Part shown: positions 23,401 to 33,300 of the stretch, one piece after another | Position numbering within the stretch: the stretch's first letter is position 1 | Layout of the letters: each line of letters starts with the position of its first letter | Assembly (NCBI RefSeq): GCF_052425735.1 | Contig: NC_135763.1 | Coordinates: 1,116,001 to 1,180,000, forward strand | DNA from: Oculina patagonica | Taxonomy: Eukaryota | Length of the DNA: 64,000 bases | Reading direction: 5' to 3' | Made by a program: the position numbers and the translations under genes | Notes under the pieces: model-generated | What the model was told of the DNA's origin: nothing | The model's database searches: none | What the model saw: only the letters and a program-made list of their open reading frames with translations

Positions 23401-25104
23401 TCATATAACGGTGGTGGACAAAACACTGACCCCCAGTCCATGGACTACCCCCCATGGACTACCCAAATGGACTACCTAAAATGGACTACCCCTAAAAAAT
23501 GGACTACCCTTAAAGTACTATTCCGAGTGTGTGTCACTTACTGAGCTGTTGTTATACACACATAATTTGCACTTACGTCTTACCTTGTTTATTTTCAAGC
23601 CGTACGTATCCCTCTTTTTTCGCAGAGTCCGTCGAGCTTGAAGCGAATTTTTTTTAAAGTTTGCGCGGCTTTTAGAAAAAACGCCGCCATTTTGAATATA
23701 TTATACTAAATGAACATCCGCTGATCACGAAAGTGTAGACTCAAATCAAGCAATCAATCTTTGGACTCATAGAGACAGACAAAACAGGCACTGCACTGCA
23801 CTACAGAAAATCCAAACTGTTATAAATAGTATCAGATAGTTGCTTGAGACGCATCTTAAACATTTGGTGGCCAGAGAAAATTTTTGAATGAATAACTTTG
23901 GCAGCGCAGCGAGGAGAACAGAACCGGTAGGCAGACAGATCCTGAGGAAAAAATAGTGCCGAGTCTGGGCATGAGTCTTTGCTTTTTGAGGTCAGCAGAT
24001 GTATAGTGTAATTCATTCAAAATGGCGGCTAGAGTTGTCGAAAGTAACCGAAGTAAGTGCAAATTATGTGCGTATAACAACAGCTCAGTAAGTATTACAC
24101 ACTCGTAATAGTACTTTAAGGGGTAGTCCATTTTTTAGGGGTAGTCCATTTTAGGTAGTCCATTTGAGTAGTCCATGGGGTAGTCCATGGGGGTAGTCCA
24201 TGGACTGGGGGTCAGTGTTTTGTCCACCACCTCATATAACATGCACACACACACAACTACTGACTGATGAGAGCTTGTCCTACATTTTCAAATGTAGGAA
24301 GCATCAGTTAAATTATTGTTGTAATACTATGATAACTATTTATGTAAAGCGCATTAGATCATATATGCATGGATTTTGCGCTATACAAATAATAAAGTTA
24401 ATTATGTTTGGTGGGTTGTTTTTGGTTTATGTTATGTTATGTTAAATCTAGCTTACCTCTTTGCGAATGTGGCACTTCAACATTAGATAAAATGTTGCAC
24501 TGAGAATATAAGCAGCGATTTCCCAAGCTTTTCCTGTAACCCACATCCACAAATGCTTATCATGGCTTGGCAGTTTTGAGTCAATCCAACACCAACCTGC
24601 ACTGAACAAGTCCTTGTCGTTACCTAACTTCCCCAATCCAAGAGCAGTGCCTGTTACAGCTAATGGAACCCCCCATCCGATTATATGGTAAAATTTGAGC
24701 ATTGTTTCAGCTTTCTTAGACTGCTTCATCGCCACAACAGTGTACATAAATATCGCAAGGAACGTTGTCCAGAAAAACGACCAAAGCGAAGCACAAGTTG
24801 TGACAAAGCTTTGGGATTTGCACACAGTGGAGTCGTCTCTTGATTGCCAGATGCCAAATAAATTACCGCCAGCAATGAAGAAATCACCGATAGAAATGTA
24901 AACAAGTATTCTTCTGGACATCGATCTAAAATCCTTCCATGCGATGAACGTAGCAATGATAACAAAAGTCCCCAATAACGAAAGACTTGCAGAGATAGTG
25001 GTCAGAACTCTGTTGACTACAGCGTTGGCTTCGTCTTCGAATCCGTGAGTCGTTGTCGTTGGTGAAGTGGTGGTTAAATTAACGGCGGTCGACTCTTGAA
25101 ACAT
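17447..25104 (-). CDS. GPR157: GPR157-like GPCR, paralog C (~352 aa, 3 exons)
   Basis: Exons 25104-24457, 19953-19759 (VYRHQK...ANKRLTLVPVIFVLVRIWGTLRF...YLH) and 17662-17447 (GIGDSSQGFFNFLLFCVFTEK...GSV*). Exons 2 and 3 are not in the ORF track and were found by manual translation. Confidence 0.85.
17800..18553. mobile_element. Tc1/pogo-type MITE containing a nested SINE
   Basis: TIR CAGTAGAACCCCTAT / ATAGGGGTTCGACTG, TA TSD, internal GGCCGCTTAATAG repeats. Confidence 0.75.
18049..18340 (-). mobile_element. tRNA-derived SINE
   Basis: On -: TGGGAGGCACGGTGGCCTAATAGTTAGTGCG...GAGTTCGAGCCC. Exact 12-bp TSD TAGATATCGTAT at 18037 and 18341. Same family as 31039-31309 and the fragments at ~4560-4742 and ~8590-8640. 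Confidence 0.85.
20190..21144. mobile_element. TIR element inserted into a decayed copy of the 7526-8507 family
   Basis: TIR TGGTTATTCCAGAAAAAATCCACACACCCCCGAC with its inverse at ~21110-21144; flanks 20140-20189 and 21145-21315 are colinear with 8277-8507. Confidence 0.7.
21326..21960 (-). mobile_element. Penelope-like retroelement 3' remnant (GIY-YIG endonuclease) with a hammerhead-like motif
   Basis: Frameshifted translation 'LQPVFTSRKIGDLLK..EEKPKIVSEQCMVYYFKCGL/CDMDYVSYTNRHLH*RVAEH...SSIGKHM...FDCLI..MLII..LKP..NVQTDSI..KLF' matches the PLE GIY-YIG C-terminus pattern. Confidence 0.8.
22124..23401 (-). mobile_element. AcademH-like element with a decayed RecQ-helicase fragment
   Basis: TIR TAGCCTGTTCCAGGCTC / GAGCCTGGAACAGGCT plus an inner inverted block (GAGCCTGTAAGAATTTCTTTAA). 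Minus-strand translation 'GKDVVSILPTEFGKSSIFQ' (23086-23030) and 'CPLVLELRDLVEQLKQLGF' resemble RecQ motifs I and Ia. Confidence 0.65.
23410..24231. mobile_element. Mutator-like non-autonomous element
   Basis: Long (~170 bp) TIRs beginning GGTGGTGGACAAAACACTGACCCCCAGTCC with internal ATGGACTACC repeats; exact 9-bp TSD TCATATAAC. Confidence 0.8.
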
Positions 25105-25402
25105 ACTGCAGGTTGCCGATTAAGAATAGATCAGATTCAATCAAATACGATAATCGACAAGATACTGTTTCGGGGAAAAGTGGCTTTCATAAAAGCCTTT
25201 CAATTCGTGCATCAGCTCGTATCAGTTTTCCTGCGTTTCCGTGAACTCATCTGAGCCTGCGATAGTCACTTCTTGTCACGCTGCCGTAACGTGACAGGCA
25301 TCGTGACAAGTGTCACAACCACTCCTGGTTTTTCAAGTTTGAAGTTAGCACCGACATTAATTTTGTCACCGTATGCCAGAAGTTGTGAGATTTCATTTGG
25401 CA

Positions 25403-25542
25403 AGATTTCCGCACAGCCCCCTACATTAATTATGCATACAATATTCTGACTGATTCGTTCTTTTCATGTTTGCTGTTTATGTATAGTGATAGTATGAAAT
25501 AGTTGCATACATAATTAATGTAGGGGGCTGTGCGGAAATCTT
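25403..25542. repeat. Inverted repeat / hairpin MITE upstream of GPCR paralog C
   Basis: AGATTTCCGCACAGCCCCCTACATTAATTATG and its exact reverse complement ~75 bp away. Confidence 0.75.
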
Positions 25543-25871
25543 TCCCTTCATTTTAATTGCCTTATTACAAAGTAATTAATATAAGTTTACAGCCTCCAGT
25601 AGTGTTTTCATGTGATGTCAGAGCTGCCATGTTGTGGGAGGGTAACTTCAAAGTTCTGACATTTAACAGAGGAAAAAAATATATGGAAATCATTTAAAAT
25701 ACGGGGATTAAACATTCAACAGAGGAATTATTATGCAATGGGTCTATAAGGTACGTGAGTAGGCAATAAATGTATTGAAGAAATAAACTACTTTATAGCA
25801 GTAATGGACAGACCAAAAAAACCATAAACCATAGGAACACTTTGAATTGCCCCCTTCCATCTATCTATCCC

Positions 25872-25909
25872 TAGCCTGTAGCCAGAAATGCATAAGGGTT
25901 CGCAGGCTA
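25872..25909. mobile_element. 38-bp minimal TAG..CTA element
   Basis: TAGCCTG...CAGGCTA with exact 9-bp TSD ATCTATCCC. Confidence 0.7.
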
Positions 25910-27098
25910 ATCTATCCCCAACCATATGAATGTTTATTTATGAAAACTGAAATATGCAAATTGAAGTTGAAAACTCTTGAAGTTAGGTGCCAGCTCAGAG
26001 AAACATACTTTATATTTCAACCTATTTCATATAACTTTACTATCAATATTATTCTTATAATGTAGCACTTAGTGAGATGACGTAGCAGGTAGCTGGCTTT
26101 TTTTTCTATAAACCCAAAAAAAAACCCTATTTAAATCAAGTCACCCAAAAAAATACCTGCCAAATTCTCCTGCCCAAAAAAATCCCGGAATCGAAAATTT
26201 CGACCCCAAAAAAATCCTTCGCACATCCCTGTCACTTGGATCCTGGAATACCACCCCTGGGCCTACCTAACCCTACTTTATGAACCTTTCATTTTTATTG
26301 TAAACTGAAAATGAACAACAACATCATACTTTATTCTTATGTTATTTTAAAATTCTCTCTATATTATTCCACAATGATACTATTATAAAAGATTTAAAAT
26401 ATTGCTTTCTAGCTTGAGGGTAAAAAATATTAAATATCTCTATCTAATTCACTTAGTTATAATTTCAAAATTTTTTATTAACAACTTGTTTGCAATGCAA
26501 GTTTATCTTGCCCTAATGTTTTTGGCTTGATGGAATTTCCAGTTTGTTCATGACGCCTTCCATAAGGTTTGTCTTCATACTAAGTTTAGTCATTGTGGAA
26601 GAGCCCTCACAAATTAATCTATTTTCTTAATTCCCACAATCATTATTCAAGAGCACACCGGGGAGAACTTGAACTCAAGTGGCTCTCCTCTGGTGGGCTA
26701 ATAAGACTGTTGAACATCATTAATATTTTAATGCCACCTTTTTCCTTACTCATATCTTTGGGCCTTCTCTTTTTAAGATTTTACTAATCTGGCCCCATGA
26801 ATGATGATTGACAAGCAGGGCCATAACTAGAAGAGGCAAGACGAGGCACTTGCCTTGTCTAGATATTTTACCCAAAATTAAAAATAAAATACATATACAG
26901 TAGTTGGGAAAACAACTCCCTATGGCCCTGTCAAGCCTGTGCTTATGTTGCTACAGTTATATACCAGTCCTACAAAACAGCAATAAATTTGGACAGAACT
27001 TTTGAAATGTACAATGTTTGACATTTAAACTGCACAGCCTTTTTTCTAGTCTTCTCTGATGGATGAACCCACCATTCTCCTCTCCTCCAACTTTCTTG

Positions 27099-30000
27099 TT
27101 ATACTTGAAATGAGTATGCCTTCAAAACATCATTAGCCATTCCAATGCAAGTAGAGTAATCACAAACTACTTTTTCAAATCCATTTCCTGCCCTTTGCAG
27201 GGAACCACCAAGCAAGGTGTATTTGCTATCTAGAGCTCTTGTGTTTTCAGGCTGACTTGACGATGACCTCATGGCCTTGGACCAGCAGTATGTCCTGATA
27301 GAATAATCCCTTGAGCAAGACATCACACGATATGCATCAACATGTAGGCCAGTTACTGGTCCCACGTGATCAGTGTGGGTTTGTAATGCCTTCAGTGAAT
27401 TTAAATCCCACAGACGTACAGTGTGGTCATGGCCGGCAGACACCAGAGTTGAACCTAAGACACTGACACATGACACTTCACCACGGTGTCCCTGAAAACA
27501 GTGAATTTGCTGCCCACTGTCGACATTCCACAGTATGATATCACCGTTGTTGAACCCTGCAATAAGTCGATTCTGTTTACCTGGCACCCAACATAAGCAC
27601 ATCACTATGGCGTCTGAAGGATGCTGTAATGTGTGTAGCTCGGGGCGTTTCCAACACTCTGGGGTCAAGTGTCTGATGTCGAATATCTTGATGGTGCTTT
27701 CAAACTTGGATGCAGTGGCCAAGAGATGGTCATTTCGAAGCTTCAGGTAATTCAAACCAAACGGACCTGTTAGCTCATATTGAGAACTTGTTGTTATTCT
27801 GTTGTCCCACATCTTTACATAACCATCTCTAAATCCAACAATAAGGAGAGGGTTGCCTGTGTCTTGTCCAATGATATTCTTTCCACACAACATGGAAGTT
27901 ATAACTGCCTGATGGCTGCCTTGTAATGCAGTGTCCTGCCCTGTGTTCACATCCCATAACTTGATATTTCCTTCGACATCTCCACTTGCCATTAGAGTAT
28001 CATGGGACACCATTGTTACACAAGCCACTGACGATTCAGAGCACTGCTTCCTCCACAGACTCTTTCCTTCTCGCACATTCCACAAGCACACAGTTTTGTC
28101 TTGACTGGAACTAGCAACAATGGGATATGCATTCTTTTCAATTATTTCCTCATTATAGATATCATTGGTTGTGACAAAAACCATATCTGTTACTTGGTTC
28201 TTGTGCCCACGTAAGGTTTTGCATACATAATCCTGGCCTGGTCTTCCTGTGGCTACACCAGTTTCAATCTTATTCCGAGCAATAAAGTACTTTTGCCATG
28301 TCCTCTCTCCTACAATAGAAAATACAGAAAATAATATTAACATACCACTGTATGGCCCACTGACGCAAACCTACACAAAACTATACTGCAAGCTGATCTA
28401 TATTAAGCAGAGTGGTTGACCTGAGCGGGTCACCAGTGCAAGGAGGGAAGCAAAGGGAGGGTCATGAACGTGTTTCACACTTTCATGCACAAATTTTAAC
28501 CAAATTCATGATACATGTATACTTGAAACAGCAAAATTCAGGGAATCAAGAGTCTAGCTATTTTAATGCGTCACAGTCTACTATCTGCCCTATTTTCACG
28601 AACTACGGTCTAATTTTTGCCCTTTTCATGTGTCACGCATAAACATTTTGCTACCCTCACCAAGACCACCCAGCCCTTCACACATCAGCAATTCAAAAGG
28701 CATTATTATTTACCAGATCCGAACCAAAGTAAATGTTCTATCAGTTGCAATGTACTTGGGGCCTCTTCATATGATCCCGGTTGACCGGGCTGGCCCAGTT
28801 ACCGAGATCTCGGCTCACTCCTATTTTCTTGTAAAATTTTGGATGTGTTCATATGAGAAGGTGGGCCAGCCCGGTTACCGATATCTTGGTTTCTGCAACC
28901 GAGATCTCGGAAACCGAGAAGAATATTTTCCCATATGAACACTCCAGCCCGGTCGCCGGGACGCAACTTTTTTGGAGAAAATAGCTTCCCTTTCGTAACT
29001 GGGTGGTCAAAATGGCTTAATTTTGCCTTGTATCTACTTCCACTTCAGAAATATGCGAATTAGCTGTATTAATAAAGTTACAAGGGTCAATAAAGCTACG
29101 ATAGTCGGGAAAGATGCAACTTTATGTGTCGCCATTTTGGCTTTGTTTCTTGAATTTTATTCCCGTCAACCAGGCTAAAATTTTCCATATGAACAGACGT
29201 CAAAATTCGCCCTGGTAACTGAGACACTGAGCCCGTAAACTGGGCTCATGTGAAGAGACCCTTAAACTACTTTGACAAGTACCCCAAAGACTTACATGAC
29301 CCATCACCCCTCCACCCCTATACCTGCCAACTTTTTCTGGGTCGAAGATACAAGATTTTTATCCTGAGAATGCCAGGATTTCCGAAGAGGATTCAACAAT
29401 GTCTGAAACCTCCCGAAGACGTCCAAGGTATTCCGAAGACATTCCGAACATATCCCAATCCTAGTGCATGGACGTGTTTTGCTAAACACGACCCTGTTCC
29501 TAATGCTTTTCTCGTCAAAACTCTCATATTTCGGGAAAGTATCGTCATTTACTCATTTTACATGGAGTTCTTGTTTCTCACATTGGTTTGAGTTTACATT
29601 TTTTTGCAAAGTGTGTCCGTTTTGGTTGTAAAAACTCACATTTTTCGACCAGGCGTGAGAAATTGATTCGTAAGCGTGAGTTGGCGTGAGATCGAAGTTT
29701 TCAACTCGCAGCAGCTGTACACCCCATGCCCCACCCCCACCAAAATGATACAAAACAAATGCCCCACAAAATTAATATTGGGTGAAAAAGGCAAGAATTG
29801 GGTGATGTTTGATAAGCTTTAAAAGTTAAGCGTTTTTCTACATTTTTTGTTCAAATCAGCAAAAAGAACAACTTGCACGTTTTAAAACTAGCTCACATTC
29901 CCTACCAGGTTTTAGTCTCCCCAAGTGACAAAAGTTCCATCGTTGGAAGCAATGCCTTTTCCACAACGAACCAACTTGGGACGCTTCATGCCAATCTCTG

Positions 30001-30104
30001 CAAACTTGAGCGCATTTGGAGAGGTTTTCTGGCGAAAGATAGCCGAAAATGCTAACAAGTTCGTCGAACGAAAATAAATTCCCTTTCACTTCCTCTGCCA
30101 TCAT
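27099..30104 (-). CDS. F-box/WD40-repeat protein (~469 aa, 2 exons)
   Basis: Exon 1 30104-29906 encodes an F-box ('FDELVSIFGYLSPENLSKCAQVCRDWHEASQVGSLWK'); phase-1 splice to exon 2 28309-27099 with multiple GH...W[DN] WD40 repeats. Confidence 0.85.
28757..29261. mobile_element. Harbinger-like MITE in the F-box/WD intron
   Basis: Inverted ends GGGGCCTCTTCATATGATCCC / GGGCTCATGTGAAGAGACCC. Confidence 0.55.
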
Positions 30105-30333
30105 TAATTTTTCCTCCTTGACGAAACTGCTTCGCAGTGTTGAGCCGATAGTTTTACAGCGGTTATTGGTGTGAGTAACAAAAGTCGTCCCATACATGAA
30201 GTACCTTCCGAAAGCACGAGTTTTTCATGCCAGGAGATTTCACTTGACACTCTATTTCCAGCAGTTTAAACAGTTTTGTACCGCAAATTGGGACTTTATT
30301 TTGGAAGAAGGCGTTTTCCTTGTCGAAAAGAAC
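30105..30333. promoter_or_regulatory. Bidirectional promoter shared by the F-box/WD40 gene and NudC
   Basis: Divergent ATGs at 30104(-) and 30334(+), 229 bp apart, with no repeat between them. Confidence 0.7.
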
Positions 30334-33300
30334 ATGGCTGACGCACATTCAGAGCGTTTTGATGGAATGTTGCTCGCGATTGCACAGCAGTGCGAAGGAG
30401 GGATTGCTGAGGTACAAAAAGCAGACTAGCTTCAACCAACCCTTATGGGTTTCTGCTTCAACTGATTTCACTTTCAGTTTGCAAGTAGACAAAGTTTCAG
30501 TTCTAGGGCAAATTTTGAGATTTAAATTTACCTTAAAGCTCTTATTTTACAATTTTGTAGAATTTGCTAATGCAATTTCTCCAGTAACAGACAGTTCTGC
30601 TTTGTCAAGCTAGCTTGGCAAAGAAAATGTTTGCACAAACTTGCCGTTTTCAAGTTAAGGAATTCAGTTTGTTAAGGAAGCTTAGGTGCTTTTTATTTTG
30701 CTGTAAGTGTTTTATTACAGGAATTAGATTCATAAAGTGTGCTTTTCCATAAGACGCCAGATTTATAATAGTGCTTCTGTGTCGCTCCAAAAAGTATGAT
30801 TTAACTTTTACATGCCAAAGTGTGAATACTTTGATTTGACTTTGACATACAGTATATGCTATATAAACTGTTCCCTGACTGGCCAATCAGATGGTAGATA
30901 AAACAATACTTTAAGGGTTTGTAGTTTATTTATCTTATAGTTGATTCAAGTTTTTTGTTCCAGCACAATAACTTTACATTTGTAATTATATACAAGTTAT
31001 ATAGAACACACTTTTTTAACTTGTACTGTAACCAACAGTGGGAGGCGCAGTGGCCTAATGGTTAGTGTGCTGGACGCTGGATCGAGCAGTCCAGGTTCAA
31101 GACCTGGCCGGGGCACTGCATTTTTTTCTTCAGCAAGACACTTTACTCTCACAGTGCCTCTCTCCACCCAAATTTTCTGCTGGGGGTAACCCCTGCGATA
31201 GACTGGCATCCCATCCAGGGGGGAGTAGCAACACTCCTAGTCGCTTAATGCTACAGAAACAGAGATAAGCTCCGACTGGGATAAGCTCGGACACAGACTT
31301 ATCTTACCTTACTGTAACTAACAGCGAATTTTCTTGGCAGTTGTTGGATGTATTCTTTGGATTTCTGGAAAGGAAGACAGACTTTTTTATTGGAGCAGGG
31401 AAAGCAGATGCTGAGAAAATAGTGTTAAGCAAGTTTAGAGAACATCAGAAAAAAATTGAAGAGGTTTGTTGGAATTGGAATTTTAGACCATCAATTGCAT
31501 CAGAAGAAGTGTGAACACAACTTGAAAAAACATAATTTGTGCGAGTGTCAAAAATTACATGATTAGTCATCAAACATTTGAGGTTTGGCAGATGATGATG
31601 CGAACTTTCATCCACAAAATGTACAACACAGTCAGATGGTATTGTCTTATTGAATAATTTGTCAAAATATTTGCAATAAAATATTATAAGTATGCATGAA
31701 AATTCAAGCAAGGAGTTTCTTTGTCTAGGAAATTTGATCCTGGTTTGAAAGTTTGTCATACTTATTGAAAACATTTTGATAACTTAATAAAATGTTACCA
31801 ACTCTGTTGTACAAGCTTGTACAAACTTCAAATGTCTGGTGATGAATCATGCAATTTTTTATAAATACTCAGATATATTTTTTCATGATATGTTCATGCT
31901 TTATGCAACTGATGGTAATAATAGCATACAAACTTGAAAAATAGTATTGTTACTGACTTTTTCAAAGAGTCTGAAACAAAATCACCAAACCTGTACAAAC
32001 TGATAAAGAATTTATTAATTTTCTTTAAGAAACGGAGAGGATCCCTATTGAAACCTAAAGATCACTGTATAGACTGTACACTTTGTACAGAAGCTGACAT
32101 CAAATGCTGGCATCAATATATCATCTTGCTTCTGAGAGTGCGCCAGGATTGGAAAGGACTTAAACTACCTGCTGAATGTTTTTATCCATTATGGTATTAG
32201 ATTTTATATGCCAGGATATACAGCTCAAAACTGTTTGATTTGCAATTTTGTCTTTTTTTCAGAAAAAAGAAAAAGAAAGAAAAGAAGCAGAGGCTTTGAA
32301 AGCAGCAAAAGCTAAAAAGGAAGCTAAAGAAAAACCAGAAGCCAAGATCCAAGAAGTGACAGATGAAGAGGCTGAGAGAATAAAGAAAGAAGAGGCGAAA
32401 AAGAAAGAGAAGGAAAAAAAAGAAACAGAAGTAAAAAATACAGATAATGATGATAAAAAGACTGATAATGGTGAGGTGAGTACAACTTCTCATCTGAGCT
32501 GTTAATTGCTTTGTCTTTCATATATGTAGCCTGAAAAAAAATCCATATCTCTTTGGATTTCAATTTATCACTGGAAATTTTATCGCAGTTACCGGTATTT
32601 GCATTTATAAAACTAGTTTGTCAAAAAATATAAAACAGCATCACAGTGTGACCGTGACCCTGTTGTGACCAACCCAAAAAAATAATTCAAATAAATATTT
32701 AATTAAAATTAACTTTTTTCTGTTGTTCTGTTAGCCTGCCAAAGATGATGCCTCAGATGAAGAAGAAGACGAAGACGCAAAAGGAAAAATGAAACCAAAC
32801 TCTGGCAATGGAGCTGATCTTCCAAACTATAAATGGATACAAGTGAGTTTTGAAAAAGTTGTAGGATTCACTCACTTGATTTAGTGCACATGTAGTTACC
32901 TGACTAATGATTTGCCAAATTCTAAATGAAATGAGATCATTTTTATCTTGATTGTACTACTAGTATTGACAGGGCAAAGGGTGCAAATTCTAACAACTGC
33001 TTAAGGCAAATAAAAACCTGAAAAGTGGACAAATCTACAATGAATACATGTAATACTTTCTTTAAAGGGGTTGGTCATGTACATGTATAATGTGTTGTTC
33101 CAGAAAATATCCATACTCCCCCCACAGAAGAAATTGGAAATTTCCTGGGGGGTGTGGGGTCTCAACGACCAAACATTTTAAAGAAATGTAATAAAATTTA
33201 ACTGGAATTTCCAGAGGGGTGGGGGGTTCTTTTAAAAAATCCCTTTCATGGGGGAGGTATGGATATTTTATGGAACTACACAATGTTAGTTGAAATGTGA

